DNA from: Porticoccaceae bacterium
Lineage (GTDB): Bacteria; Pseudomonadota; Gammaproteobacteria; Pseudomonadales; Porticoccaceae
Assembly: GCA_029242085.1 (NCBI GenBank)
Contig: JAQWUP010000040.1
Coordinates: forward strand, 21,245-85,244
Direction: 5' to 3'
DNA length: 64,000 bases
Under the pieces are notes generated by a model. The model was not told where the DNA came from, made no database searches, and saw only the letters and a program-made list of their open reading frames with translations. The number at the start of each line of letters is the position of its first letter. Positions within the stretch are counted from its first letter, which is position 1. Made by a program: the position numbers and the translations under genes. Shown in pieces: positions 26,280 to 39,189 of this stretch.

Positions 26280-27794
26280 ATGTCGCACACTCTTATTCAA
26301 GACGCTTTATTTACTGCCAAATCCGTTCGCGAACTCGACCGTTTGGCGATCGAAGAGCATGGCACACCGGGCATTGTTTTAATGAAACGAGCTGGCCGTG
26401 CAGTGCTGTCTGAACTTCTAGATGCCTTTGGGACGCCCAGTTTGCTCAATGTATTCTGTGGCTCTGGCAACAATGGTGGCGATGGCTATATAGTGGCGGC
26501 TCTGGCAGCGGAGAAAAATATAGCCGTACGCTGTTTCGAAGTGGGCGGCAACCTCAGTGCAGATACAGTCTTGGCGAAGCAGTTTGCCGAGCAGGCCAAT
26601 GTCAGTTTCTACAGCGTTGACACGGATATCCTGCTGGACGAGGGAGTGGTTGTCGACAGTTTGCTGGGAACTGGCTTTAGTGGCGATCTGCGCCAACCCT
26701 ATGCGCAGGCGATTAGCTTAATTAATCAATCTGGATTGCCTGTCATTTCGGTGGATATTGCTTCAGGACTCAACAGCGATACAGGTGCCGTACAAACTGT
26801 TGCGGTGCAGGCAGATATTACACTGACTTTTATTGGCGCCAAACAGGGTCTATTTAGTGGTCGTGGGCCGGCTGTTTCTGGTGAGGTTATCTACGATTCA
26901 CTGAATGTGGCGGACGACATTTTTCAGCAGGTAGACGCGAGTGCTGAGTTGATGGATCTCGATGATCTGTTGGAGCAGCTACCAGAGCCTGAGGTAAACG
27001 CCTACAAAACCCAGCGCGGTCACGGCATGATTGTGGGAGGTGACCATGGTTTTGGTGGTGCTGCCATTATGGCAGCTGAGGCCTGTTTGAAAGTCGGTGC
27101 AGGTATGGCCAGTGTGGCCACAAGACCGGAGCATGTTGCTGCTGTATTGGCGCGTCAGCCAGAAATCATGGCCTGCGGTGTCGCTTCTGGGCAGCAGTTA
27201 GAGCCGTTGTTAGATCGCCCCACTGTTTTAGTAACTGGTCCTGGTCTGGGCCGCTCCTCATGGTCAGAGCAGCTTATGCAAAAAGCCGTGGCTGCAAACT
27301 TACCTATGGTGATTGATGCCGATGGCTTAAATATTCTTGCCGAGGGTCGTGTGGTACCCAAGCCGGATGGTTCGCAATGGGTGCTGACACCTCATGTGGG
27401 TGAGGCAGCTCGACTTCTGGGGCTGACAGTGGCTGACATTGAAGCTGATCGCTTTAGCGCCGTGGCGCAGTTACAGCAAAAATATAATGCCGTGGTGTTA
27501 CTTAAAGGACCTGGCAGTCTGATTTCCAGTGCGCAGGGCGCGCCGGTTAAAGTGTGCCCCTACGGTAATCCGGCCATGGCCACCGCAGGGATGGGTGACA
27601 TTTTAAGTGGCATTATCGGCGGTCTGATGGCTCAGGGTCTGAGCTCACAAATAGCCACTGAGCTGGGGTGTTGTCTACATTCTTGTGCGGCAGATTTGGC
27701 CGCTGCGGAGCAGGGTGGAAGGGGCATGGTCGCCTCTGATCTGCTGCCTTATATACGCAATCTGTTAAACAATATAGATCGGACATCTCTGTGA
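26280..27794 (+). CDS. nnr: Bifunctional NAD(P)H-hydrate epimerase/dehydratase
   Basis: GSGNNGGDG, LLGTG, VDIASG; DADGL, TPHVGEA, ATAGMGDILSG. Confidence 0.93.
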   Translation: MSHTLIQDALFTAKSVRELDRLAIEEHGTPGIVLMKRAGRAVLSELLDAFGTPSLLNVFCGSGNNGGDGYIVAALAAEKNIAVRCFEVGGNLSADTVLAKQFAEQANVSFYSVDTDILLDEGVVVDSLLGTGFSGDLRQPYAQAISLINQSGLPVISVDIASGLNSDTGAVQTVAVQADITLTFIGAKQGLFSGRGPAVSGEVIYDSLNVADDIFQQVDASAELMDLDDLLEQLPEPEVNAYKTQRGHGMIVGGDHGFGGAAIMAAEACLKVGAGMASVATRPEHVAAVLARQPEIMACGVASGQQLEPLLDRPTVLVTGPGLGRSSWSEQLMQKAVAANLPMVIDADGLNILAEGRVVPKPDGSQWVLTPHVGEAARLLGLTVADIEADRFSAVAQLQQKYNAVVLLKGPGSLISSAQGAPVKVCPYGNPAMATAGMGDILSGIIGGLMAQGLSSQIATELGCCLHSCAADLAAAEQGGRGMVASDLLPYIRNLLNNIDRTSL

Positions 27795-28303
27795 CCATTG
27801 CCGCGACAAAGGTTTTAGCGGCGGTCGATACTGAGCTCGTCAGCGAAACTGCGATGGTTGATTTTGGCCGTCAGCTAGCTTCTGCGCTGTTATCTGTCAG
27901 GCCCGCCAGCAGTCCAGTTATTATGACTTTGCAAGGTGACCTAGGTGCAGGAAAAACCACTTTGAGTCGTGGCATTTTGCAGGGACTTGGCCATGTAGGT
28001 AATGTTAAAAGCCCAACCTACACATTGGTTGAACCCTACCAACTTGGGTTGGGGGCTGTGTATCATTTTGACCTCTATCGTATGCTGGATCCAGAAGAGC
28101 TAGAATATATGGGTTTCGCCGATTATCTATTGGATGCAGCTCTCTGCTTGATAGAATGGCCGGAGCGGGGCGCAGGTTTTTTACCTGCAGCAGACGTCGG
28201 TATCCTTATCAGTGACTCTGGGGAGGGGCGCTGTGTTACTCTGCAGGCGCAATCACATGTTGGTCAGCAGTTGGTAAATCAACTAGCTAAGTCTGGGGTA
28301 TAA
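27791..28303 (+). CDS. tsaE: tRNA threonylcarbamoyladenosine biosynthesis ATPase
   Basis: GDLGAGKTT, VKSPTYTLVE, HFDLYR, IEWPE. Confidence 0.95.
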   Translation: MTIAATKVLAAVDTELVSETAMVDFGRQLASALLSVRPASSPVIMTLQGDLGAGKTTLSRGILQGLGHVGNVKSPTYTLVEPYQLGLGAVYHFDLYRMLDPEELEYMGFADYLLDAALCLIEWPERGAGFLPAADVGILISDSGEGRCVTLQAQSHVGQQLVNQLAKSGV

Positions 28304-28304
28304 A

Positions 28305-29690
28305 TTGAGCTTTGATTGGCGGTTACTTTTAGGCGCGAAAAAACAACAGGATAGCCGCTGGGCCAGCTGCTGGAGCCTATGCGGCATGGTAACGGCGATA
28401 AGTTTTATAGCGCCGCTATATGCGATGCCCTCTATGGCGGCGGACGTAGAGTCCGTTAGACTGTGGCGTGCGCCGGATAAAACGCGGCTGGTATTTGATC
28501 TTAGCAGCGCCGCAGAGCATCAGTTAATCACCCTCGATAAGCCTGATCGACTGGTGGTCGATATTGCTGATGTGTCATTAAAAACGGCCTTGGACAAGCT
28601 CGATCTCAGCACCACATCTATTGCTAAAATTCGCCATGCAGTGCGCAATAAAACCGGACTGCGCGTGGTGCTAGACCTCAAGACCAAGGTGAGTCCAAAA
28701 AGCTTCAGCCTGACAGCCAACGAGCAGTACGGCAATCGATTGGTGATCGATCTATACGATAAAAAACGCTCGGTCAGCCGCTCGGTAGAGCAGATTATAG
28801 AGAAGAAAAATCGCAAAATTATTATCGCTATCGATGCCGGTCACGGTGGTGAAGATCCAGGTGCTCTGGGTCCGCGTCGGGTGCGTGAAAAAGTCGTCGC
28901 CTTACAGATTGCACAGAAACTGGAAGCACTTTTTGATAACAACCCGTATTTCCAGGGGGAGTTAGTGCGTACAGGAGACTATTATATCTCCCTGCCAAAA
29001 CGAACGAAGATTGCTCGCGACAAGCGTGCAGATTTCTTTCTCTCGATTCATGCCGATGCCTTTACCAATCCCAAAGCCTATGGTGCTTCGGTGTATGCGT
29101 TGTCGACCAAAGGCGCAACCAGTGAAGCGGCAACTATTTTGGCCGCTAAAGAAAACCGTGCAGATTTAATCGGTGGTGCCAGTTCACTGAGCCTCAACGA
29201 TTACCCCGATGATGTGCTCAAAGGTGTGCTGCTAGATTTATCTCAGACTGCGACAGTCAGCAGCAGTTTGGATGCCGGTAGATATGTACTTAAAAATATG
29301 GGTGGCGTCGCCAGACTGCATAAGAAAAAAGTTGAGCAGGCTGGATTTATGGTCCTTAAATCACCAGATGTGCCGTCGCTGCTGATTGAAACTGGTTTTA
29401 TATCTAACCCCAAAGAGGCCCGGGACCTGAGCACTCGCAGCTATCAGAGAAAAATGGCCAATGCCATTTATCAGGGACTCGTGCAGTACTATGCAGACAG
29501 CCCTCCAGTGGGCACTCTACTGGCAAAAAATGGCGGGAATATAGAGCAGAGTTATGTTATTGCCCGTGGTGATACATTGTCAGAAATTGCGGTTCGCTAT
29601 AACACCTCGGTCAGAAAAATTGTGCGCTACAATAAAATGAAATCCAGTTCGATTCGCATCGGACAGAAAATTTTAATCCCCTCTAGTTAA
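28305..29690 (+). CDS. amiB: N-acetylmuramoyl-L-alanine amidase (AMIN + Amidase_3 + LysM); exact start uncertain
   Basis: RLWRAPDKTRLVFD, IDAGHGGEDPGA, SIHAD, LIETGFISN, C-terminal LysM. Confidence 0.92.
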   Translation: MSFDWRLLLGAKKQQDSRWASCWSLCGMVTAISFIAPLYAMPSMAADVESVRLWRAPDKTRLVFDLSSAAEHQLITLDKPDRLVVDIADVSLKTALDKLDLSTTSIAKIRHAVRNKTGLRVVLDLKTKVSPKSFSLTANEQYGNRLVIDLYDKKRSVSRSVEQIIEKKNRKIIIAIDAGHGGEDPGALGPRRVREKVVALQIAQKLEALFDNNPYFQGELVRTGDYYISLPKRTKIARDKRADFFLSIHADAFTNPKAYGASVYALSTKGATSEAATILAAKENRADLIGGASSLSLNDYPDDVLKGVLLDLSQTATVSSSLDAGRYVLKNMGGVARLHKKKVEQAGFMVLKSPDVPSLLIETGFISNPKEARDLSTRSYQRKMANAIYQGLVQYYADSPPVGTLLAKNGGNIEQSYVIARGDTLSEIAVRYNTSVRKIVRYNKMKSSSIRIGQKILIPSS

Positions 29691-29702
29691 AGGTTACAAG
29701 GC

Positions 29703-31529
29703 ATGTCTGGTATCAAGATACTCAGTCCGCAATTAGCCAATCAGATTGCTGCTGGTGAGGTGGTCGAACGCCCCGCCTCTGTGCTTAAAGAACTGGTGGA
29801 AAATAGCCTTGACGCCGGTGCTAAACGCATTGATATCGATATCGAACAGGGCGGCGTCAAGTTGATTAAAATTCGCGACGATGGTCATGGTATTCCCGAA
29901 CATGAGTTGGCGCTGGCACTAAGCCGTCATGCAACCAGTAAAATTGATAATCTCGAAGATTTGGAAGCCGTGGCGACACTGGGTTTCCGCGGAGAGGCAC
30001 TGGCCAGTATTGCCTCGGTATCGCGCTTGGCACTGACCTCGAACTCCGGGGATAGCAGTGGCTGGAAGGCTGTTTCAGAGGGGCGTGATATGGAAGTAGA
30101 GCTGCAGCCCGCAGCGCACCCTCAGGGCACAAGTGTTGAGGTGCGAGACTTATTTTTTAATACTCCGGCTCGGCGCAAGTTTTTACGCACTGAGGGCACT
30201 GAATACAACCGCATAGACGACAGTATTAAAAAGTTGGCTTTAAGTCGGATGGAGATCGCCTTTAGTCTGCGCCATAACCAGCGAGCGCAGTTAAATTTGC
30301 GTCCGGCTATCAGTCAGGCAGAGCAGGAAAAACGGGTGGCGGATATCTGCGGCCCCGCCTTTATGAAAGATGCGTTGTATGTGGATAATGATCGCACCGG
30401 TATTCGCCTGTGGGGTTGGATGGGGCTGCCGACATTTTCCCGCAGTCAAGCCGACTTACAGCACTTTTTTGTCAATGGTCGAGCCATTCGTGACAAGGTG
30501 GTATCCCACGCGGTGCGCCAAGCCTATCAGGACGTTTTGTATCATGGCCGTCACCCTGCCTTTGTTTTATTTCTTGAAATTGAGCCAGCTGATGTCGATG
30601 TCAATGTGCATCCCACCAAGCACGAGGTGCGCTTTCGGGATAGTCGCTCCATTCATGGTTTCGTGTACAGTACCCTGAATAGGGCCCTGTCGCAGGATCG
30701 ACCTCAGGATCATTTGCAGTCGGCTGATGTTGCTGTCGATAGCGATCAAGATGCTGTACAACAGGCGGGCCAATCGACCATTCAGTTTTCCTCTGGGCCT
30801 TCAGTTGAGCTTGGCGCCTCTTCTCAAGCCGAGCCTTCTCAGGGTTATAGCATTCAGTCGCGGGCGCCAAGCTTTGGGGTCAATACACCGATATCGGCCT
30901 ATCAGGGGCTCTATGCAACAGAGATGCCGAGTGAAGAGGGCGATATCCCGCCAATGGGGTTTGCCATAGCTCAGCTTAAAGGTATTTATATTTTGGCTGA
31001 AAATGCCCAGGGTCTGATTGTTGTCGATATGCATGCGGCCCATGAGCGCATTACTTATGAGCGCATGAAAACTGCGTTTGACGACCAGGGTCTGGCCTCG
31101 CAACCGCTGCTGGTTCCAGAGAGCCTTTCGGTTAGCGAGCGCGAGGCAGACATGGCCGAGCGGAGTACCGAGGTGTTCACCCAGCTTGGCTTTGTGGTAG
31201 AACGCGCGGCTAATGAAAGTATTATTGTGCGTGAAATCCCAGCCATTTTGAGGGGTTCTGAGGTTGAAGCCCTGCTGCGAGATGTGATTTCTGATCTGAT
31301 CGAACACGGCACCTCAGACCGCATTCGTCACCATATTAATGAAACCCTTTCGACCATGGCCTGCCATGGTTCAGTGCGCGCCAATCGCAAGCTCAGTATT
31401 CCCGAGATGAATGCGCTACTGCGTGATATGGAAGCGACCGAGCGCAGCGGTCAGTGCAACCATGGTCGCCCCACTTGGTCGCAAATGACAGTCGATGAGT
31501 TGGACAAGCTCTTTTTGCGCGGTCGATAA
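29703..31529 (+). CDS. mutL: DNA mismatch repair protein MutL
   Basis: [45 protein letters not shown]. Confidence 0.97.
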   Translation: MSGIKILSPQLANQIAAGEVVERPASVLKELVENSLDAGAKRIDIDIEQGGVKLIKIRDDGHGIPEHELALALSRHATSKIDNLEDLEAVATLGFRGEALASIASVSRLALTSNSGDSSGWKAVSEGRDMEVELQPAAHPQGTSVEVRDLFFNTPARRKFLRTEGTEYNRIDDSIKKLALSRMEIAFSLRHNQRAQLNLRPAISQAEQEKRVADICGPAFMKDALYVDNDRTGIRLWGWMGLPTFSRSQADLQHFFVNGRAIRDKVVSHAVRQAYQDVLYHGRHPAFVLFLEIEPADVDVNVHPTKHEVRFRDSRSIHGFVYSTLNRALSQDRPQDHLQSADVAVDSDQDAVQQAGQSTIQFSSGPSVELGASSQAEPSQGYSIQSRAPSFGVNTPISAYQGLYATEMPSEEGDIPPMGFAIAQLKGIYILAENAQGLIVVDMHAAHERITYERMKTAFDDQGLASQPLLVPESLSVSEREADMAERSTEVFTQLGFVVERAANESIIVREIPAILRGSEVEALLRDVISDLIEHGTSDRIRHHINETLSTMACHGSVRANRKLSIPEMNALLRDMEATERSGQCNHGRPTWSQMTVDELDKLFLRGR

Positions 31530-31533
31530 GATC

Positions 31534-32523
31534 TTGAATCAACCAGCATTGCCAAAGGCCATTTTTGTGATGGGTCCGACCGCCAGCGGCAAGACCGATC
31601 TAGCGATTGCCCTGCGTGAGCATTTGCCTGTTGAGCTGATAAATGTCGACTCGGCTCAGATCTATCGCCAGCTCGATATAGGTAGCGCCAAACCCGATGC
31701 CGAGACTTTGGCCGCAGCACCCCATCGACTGATTGATATTCGTGACCCTATGGATATTTACAGTGCGGCAGATTTTCTTGCCGATGCGCGTCGTGAAATG
31801 GCCGACATCAGCGCAGCGGGAAGCATCCCGCTGTTGGTCGGTGGCAGCATGATGTATTTTAAAACGTTGCTCGAAGGCCTATCTGAAATGCCAGAGGCAG
31901 ATCATGTTATTCGCCGGCAGTTAGAGCAGCGCGCAGCTGAATCGGGCTGGCCAAGCCTCTATCAAGAGTTGCAGCAGGTTGATCCGCAAACCGCCCAGCG
32001 CCTGCACCCCAACCATTCTCAGAGAATCCAGCGGGCGTTGGAGGTCTATCAGATAACAGGTACACCGATGTCTGTACTGCAGGCCAAGGCCTCTGTGGGT
32101 GGCCTACAGGACAACTACCAAATTCAACAGTTTGCATTGATGCCAGAAAATCGCGCTCTTCTTCATCAGCGTATTGAACAGCGTTTTAGCAAAATGATCA
32201 GTCAGGGCTTTGTCGATGAAGTTGAGGCGCTTTATCAGCGTGGAGATTTGCATGTAAACTTACCGGCCATTCGCTGCGTAGGATACCGACAGATTTGGGA
32301 TTATTGCGCTGGTGATTGCACGCTGGATGAAGCTATTGAAAAGGGCGTGATTGCGACAAGGCAGCTGGCTAAACGGCAAATTACTTGGCTGCGCAACTGG
32401 CCCCGGGCAACGCAAGTAGCTGTGGATAACGGAGACAGTTATTTCAGTGCAGAAATTATTCTTGATCAGTGCTTGAAAACTCTTAATCAAGCACCCATAT
32501 ACTGTGAAATGGGGCAAGGGTAG
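31534..32523 (+). CDS. miaA: tRNA dimethylallyltransferase
   Basis: [25 protein letters not shown]; TTG at 31534 just after mutL stop. Confidence 0.95.
   Translation: MNQPALPKAIFVMGPTASGKTDLAIALREHLPVELINVDSAQIYRQLDIGSAKPDAETLAAAPHRLIDIRDPMDIYSAADFLADARREMADISAAGSIPLLVGGSMMYFKTLLEGLSEMPEADHVIRRQLEQRAAESGWPSLYQELQQVDPQTAQRLHPNHSQRIQRALEVYQITGTPMSVLQAKASVGGLQDNYQIQQFALMPENRALLHQRIEQRFSKMISQGFVDEVEALYQRGDLHVNLPAIRCVGYRQIWDYCAGDCTLDEAIEKGVIATRQLAKRQITWLRNWPRATQVAVDNGDSYFSAEIILDQCLKTLNQAPIYCEMGQG
32472..32500 (+). promoter_or_regulatory. Putative sigma32 (heat-shock) promoter for hfq inside the miaA 3' end
   Basis: CTTGAAA-14 bp-ACCCATAT; E. coli also has a heat-shock hfq promoter within miaA. 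Confidence 0.55.
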
Positions 32524-32615
32524 AATTTGCTCTACGGCTAGACGCAATCCGGACGGACACTTTTGCTGCGACAATTGCAGCACCCATTGAAATTTCAATA
32601 TTAAGGAGTAGTACC

Positions 32616-32909
32616 ATGTCAAAAGGGCATAATCTACAAGACCCTTTTCTGAATGTCCTAAGAAAAGAAAGAATCCCAGTGTCTATATTTCTGGTTAACG
32701 GTATTAAACTGCAGGGGCAAGTTGAATCTTTCGATCAGTTTGTTGTGCTGCTAAAGAATACTGTCAGCCAAATGGTCTATAAGCACGCAATTTCAACAGT
32801 TGTCCCATCGCGCGCTGTGCGCCTGCCTGCCGGTAATGCCGGTGAGGGCGGATCATCGGATCAGGGATTTGACGATGCTGCTGGCAATTATGGCGACGAC
32901 AACTACTAA
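32616..32909 (+). CDS. hfq: RNA chaperone Hfq
   Basis: [26 protein letters not shown]; acidic C-terminal tail; AGGAG SD. Confidence 0.98.
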   Translation: MSKGHNLQDPFLNVLRKERIPVSIFLVNGIKLQGQVESFDQFVVLLKNTVSQMVYKHAISTVVPSRAVRLPAGNAGEGGSSDQGFDDAAGNYGDDNY

Positions 32910-32918
32910 ACGGTGTCA

Positions 32919-34208
32919 TTGTTTTTTGAACGACCTGATTCTGGCGAGCGCGCGGTTCTTGTTCATATAAAATTGAATAATGAGTCCGAACCTGAAGATC
33001 CCAGGGAGTTTGAGGAGCTAGTGATTTCTGCAGGTGGCGATCCGGTCGAATTTTTGACCGGATCACGCCCTTCCCCCAGTGCCAAGTTTTTTGTCGGTTC
33101 CGGCAAACTTGAGGAAATTGGCGCGGCGATTAAAAGCGCTGATGCCGAACTCGTCATCTTTAATCATAATTTATCCCCCAGTCAGGAACGCAATATTGAG
33201 GCCGAACTGAAATGTCGCGTGCTCGATAGAACAGGTTTGATTCTGGATATTTTTGCTCAGCGCGCCAGAACTCATGAGGGCAAGCTTCAGGTAGAGCTGG
33301 CGCAGTTACAGCATCTGTCGTCGAGACTGGTGCGCGGATGGACTCACCTGGATCGAGAAAAAGGTGGCATTGGTATGCGCGGGCCCGGTGAGACCCAGTT
33401 AGAGTCTGATCGGCGTTTGGTTCGAGAACGTATTAAGTCTATAAAACAGCGACTTGAGAAGGTTAGAAAGCAGCGCGACCAGGGCCGGCGATCACGGACT
33501 AAGTCAGAAATTCCTACTTTGTCGCTGGTGGGTTATACCAATGCTGGGAAATCGACATTATTTAACAAGCTGACCAGTGCCGAGGTGTATGTGGCAGATC
33601 AGCTGTTTGCAACACTTGATCCGACCATGCGGCGCCTCAATGTGGCCGAGTTGGGGCCAGTGGTATTCGCAGACACAGTAGGGTTTATCAGCCACCTTCC
33701 ACACCGTTTGGTGGATGCTTTTAGGGCTACCTTGGAAGAGGCAGCGTCGTCAAATTTACTGCTCCATATTGTCGATGCCTCGGCAGAGGATCGAGCAGTT
33801 AATATAGCGCGGGTCAATGAAGTGTTAAAAGAGATTAAGGCGCACGACTTGCCATCACTGATGATATACAACAAGATTGATCTGCTTGACGATATGCAGC
33901 CACATATAGAGCGGGATGAGCAGGGTGTTCCTATCGCTGTTTGGGTCTCTGCATTAGCGGGGAAGGGCATGGAGCTGCTACTGCAAGCGGTTGTTGAATG
34001 CCTGCCCAATAAGATTGTGCATGAGCACATCCGGCTGCAGCCCAGTCAAGGGGCATTTCGAGCCGCACTTTACAGCCAAAAAGCGGTATTATCTGAGCAG
34101 TCAGGGGACTCAGGTGCTATTAATTTGGAGATTAAGCTGGCGGAGAGCGACTTTTTACGCCTGCTCAAGAATTCGGGATTGAAATTACAGGATTTGGTCA
34201 CATTGTAA
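32919..34208 (+). CDS. hflX: Ribosome rescue GTPase HflX
   Basis: LILDIFAQRA, GPGETQLE, GYTNAGKS, LFATLDPT, DTVGF, NKID; start TTG 32919 or GTG 32913. Confidence 0.96.
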   Translation: MFFERPDSGERAVLVHIKLNNESEPEDPREFEELVISAGGDPVEFLTGSRPSPSAKFFVGSGKLEEIGAAIKSADAELVIFNHNLSPSQERNIEAELKCRVLDRTGLILDIFAQRARTHEGKLQVELAQLQHLSSRLVRGWTHLDREKGGIGMRGPGETQLESDRRLVRERIKSIKQRLEKVRKQRDQGRRSRTKSEIPTLSLVGYTNAGKSTLFNKLTSAEVYVADQLFATLDPTMRRLNVAELGPVVFADTVGFISHLPHRLVDAFRATLEEAASSNLLLHIVDASAEDRAVNIARVNEVLKEIKAHDLPSLMIYNKIDLLDDMQPHIERDEQGVPIAVWVSALAGKGMELLLQAVVECLPNKIVHEHIRLQPSQGAFRAALYSQKAVLSEQSGDSGAINLEIKLAESDFLRLLKNSGLKLQDLVTL

Positions 34209-34271
34209 AGGTGTGGTGGAGTTCCTGCAGTAATGCCCAATATAGATTAACTATTAAAACTGGAGAACATT

Positions 34272-35402
34272 ATGGCCTGGAATGAACCGGGTGGCGGCAA
34301 AGATCCTTGGGGTGGTAATCGAGGAAATGGCGGTCCACCAGATATTGATGAAGCAATTAATAAACTCAAAGAGAAGTTTGCCGCATTTGGCGGTGGATCT
34401 GGGGGTGGTGCCGGTAGCAGTAAAGGTCTGTTGCCCGTCGCAATAGTCGCGCTGGCTATTATTTGGGGTCTGCTCGGCTTTTATCAGGTCGATGAGAAAG
34501 AGCAGGCAGTGGTGCTGCGTCTTGGCAAGTACAGCGAGACAGTGGGCTCCGGTCTGAACTGGAATCCTCCGGTGGTTGACTCAGTGACAACCGTTAGGGT
34601 GACGGAAGAGCGACAGTATTCGGCGCGGGGTCTAATGCTGACTCAGGACGAGAACATTGTAGAAATTTCATTGACGGTGCAGTACAACATTGCCAATGCC
34701 AAAGACTTTGTACTCAACATTAAAGATCCAGAGACCAGCCTCAAGCATGCAACAGACAGCGCACTGCGCCATGTTGTCGGCAGCACAGGTCTGGATGGTG
34801 TGATTTCAACGGGCCGTGAACAGGTTGCCGTCAGCACTGCTCAGAAGCTTCAGGATCTGCTCGACGTTTATAACAGTGGTATCAACGTAGTCAAGATCAA
34901 TATTGAAGAGGCGCGGCCACCGACAGAGGTTAAAGCTGCCTACGATGATGTGATTAAGGCGCGGGAAGATCTGGAGCGGTTGGTCAACGAAGCACAGGCC
35001 TACTCCAACGGAATTATTCCGGAAGCTCGTGGTGAAGCTCAGCGACTGCGCGAGGAAGCTGAAGGTTATCTGTCCCAGGTAGTGTCTAAGTCTCAGGGTG
35101 AAGCGAAACGTTTTACAACTCTGCTGGGAGAGTACAAGAAGGCACCAGAAGTCACTCGAGAGCGACTTTATATTGACGCTATAGAGCAGGTCATGAGCAA
35201 CAGTACTAAGATTTTGATGGACACTGAAGGCGGCAATAATATGCTCTACCTGCCGCTAGACAAGTTGGTTCAGCAGGGCAATGCCGCTAGCTCGACCAGA
35301 GGATCAACAAGTGATTCACAAATGGTTGATCGCATTGCCAATGAAGTGATTGACAAGCTTCAGCGCAACAGCAATCAAATACAATCGGAGAGACGACGAT
35401 GA
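34272..35402 (+). CDS. hflK: FtsH modulator HflK
   Basis: MAWNEPG, GPPDIDE, SPFH domain, APEVTRERLY. Confidence 0.96.
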   Translation: MAWNEPGGGKDPWGGNRGNGGPPDIDEAINKLKEKFAAFGGGSGGGAGSSKGLLPVAIVALAIIWGLLGFYQVDEKEQAVVLRLGKYSETVGSGLNWNPPVVDSVTTVRVTEERQYSARGLMLTQDENIVEISLTVQYNIANAKDFVLNIKDPETSLKHATDSALRHVVGSTGLDGVISTGREQVAVSTAQKLQDLLDVYNSGINVVKINIEEARPPTEVKAAYDDVIKAREDLERLVNEAQAYSNGIIPEARGEAQRLREEAEGYLSQVVSKSQGEAKRFTTLLGEYKKAPEVTRERLYIDAIEQVMSNSTKILMDTEGGNNMLYLPLDKLVQQGNAASSTRGSTSDSQMVDRIANEVIDKLQRNSNQIQSERRR

Positions 35403-36268
35403 ATAATTTAATGAAAACAGTCATCGTGCTGCTGGTTTTACTGATCGGTGCCAATAGCACCCTCTACGTGGTCAGCGAGTTTGAACGCGGGGTGAAACTG
35501 CAGTTTGGTAAACTGGTAGAGGCAGATATCGAGCCGGGCCTGCATGTAAAAATCCCATTTGTCGATAATGTGCGTATCTTTGATGCACGAATCCTGACAG
35601 TAGATGCACAGCCAGCCAGTTTCTTCACTGTTGAAAAGAAACGACTGATTGTAGATTCCTATGCCAAATGGCGGATCGCCAATGTAGAAACTTACTACAA
35701 GGCAACCGGTGGTGTTGAATCTGTAGCCCATAACCGCTTAGCCAATCGAGTCAATAACGGTCTTAGAAACCAATTTGGTACTCGTACTCTGCATGAGGTG
35801 GTGTCTGGTGAGCGTGACCTGTTGATGAAAAACATTACTGACGAACTGAATGCCTCGGTACTTACCAGTCTCGGTATTGAAGTGGTCGATGTCAGGGTCA
35901 AGCGTATTGATCTTCCGCAGGAAGTCAGCAGTCAAGTATTCCGTCGTATGACCGCTGAGCGGGACAAGGAAGCTCGTGAGTTGCGTTCAACGGGTAAGGA
36001 GAAGGCCGAAAAGATTCGCGCCTCCGCTGATCGTGAGCGAACAATCGAACTGGCAAACGCCTATCGTGATGCCGAAGAGCTGCGCGGTGAAGGAGATGCT
36101 AAAGCCGCTGCTGTCTATGCTGATGCCTATCAACAGGATCCTGAGTTCTATGCCTTTATGCGCAGCCTCAATGCCTACAAGACTTCGTTTGCCAACAAGG
36201 GAGATATTATGTTGGTGGAGCCAGATAGCGATTTCTTCAAGTATTTAAATCAGCAGCGTGCCCAGTAA
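35399..36268 (+). CDS. hflC: FtsH modulator HflC
   Basis: PGLHVKIPF, VDVRVKRIDLP, DPEFYAFMRSL. Confidence 0.96.
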   Translation: MNNLMKTVIVLLVLLIGANSTLYVVSEFERGVKLQFGKLVEADIEPGLHVKIPFVDNVRIFDARILTVDAQPASFFTVEKKRLIVDSYAKWRIANVETYYKATGGVESVAHNRLANRVNNGLRNQFGTRTLHEVVSGERDLLMKNITDELNASVLTSLGIEVVDVRVKRIDLPQEVSSQVFRRMTAERDKEARELRSTGKEKAEKIRASADRERTIELANAYRDAEELRGEGDAKAAAVYADAYQQDPEFYAFMRSLNAYKTSFANKGDIMLVEPDSDFFKYLNQQRAQ

Positions 36269-36282
36269 AAAGGGTCTTGAGT

Positions 36283-36321
36283 GTTTTTGAACCATTTAAA
36301 GATTTTAATTGGTTCAAAAAC
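36283..36321. repeat. Long AT-rich inverted repeat after hflC
   Basis: GTTTTTGAACCA-N15-TGGTTCAAAAAC (12-bp perfect arms plus inner TTAAA/TTTAA pairing). Confidence 0.75.
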
Positions 36322-36344
36322 CTCTGCCACATTGATGGCGATTT

Positions 36345-36353
36345 TGTTAGAAT
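36345..36353 (+). promoter_or_regulatory. Extended -10 promoter element upstream of yjeT-hisZ-purA
   Basis: TGtTAGAAT. Confidence 0.55.
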
Positions 36354-36358
36354 TCGCG

Positions 36359-36381
36359 AACCGGGGAAACTCGGTTTTTTT
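36359..36381 (+). terminator. Intrinsic terminator-like hairpin between hflC and yjeT
   Basis: AACCGGG-GAAA-CTCGGTT with a 7-T run. Confidence 0.75.
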
Positions 36382-36405
36382 ATGCCGGTTTTGGGGTGAA
36401 TCACA

Positions 36406-36591
36406 GTGCTTGAAGATATAGCCAGAGCAGTTGGCCTGATGCTGGTATTTGAAGGGATTATGCCCTTTTTGGCACCGAGCAGGTGGCGTAACATGGCGCA
36501 AGTTCTGGCCACCGTAGATGATCGCTCGATGAGAATAATTGGCCTGCTGAGTATGCTCGGTGGATTGGCTCTGCTGATTTTTTGGCGCTAG
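36406..36591 (+). CDS. yjeT: DUF2065 family small membrane protein
   Basis: LMLVFEGIMPFLAPSRWR, RIIGL; conserved hflC-yjeT-hisZ-purA synteny. Confidence 0.9.
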   Translation: MLEDIARAVGLMLVFEGIMPFLAPSRWRNMAQVLATVDDRSMRIIGLLSMLGGLALLIFWR

Positions 36592-36611
36592 ACTTTTAAT
36601 ATGGGATTCCT

Positions 36612-39126
<2,515 letters not shown>

Positions 39127-39150
39127 GACATGTCTGTAAATAGAGCGTTT

Positions 39151-39189
39151 AAAAAGCCAGCCTCCGGTAAAATGGATGCTGGTTTTTTT
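39151..39189 (+). terminator. Intrinsic terminator after purA
   Basis: AAAAAGCCAGC.TCC...GGA.GCTGGTTTTTTT. Confidence 0.8.
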
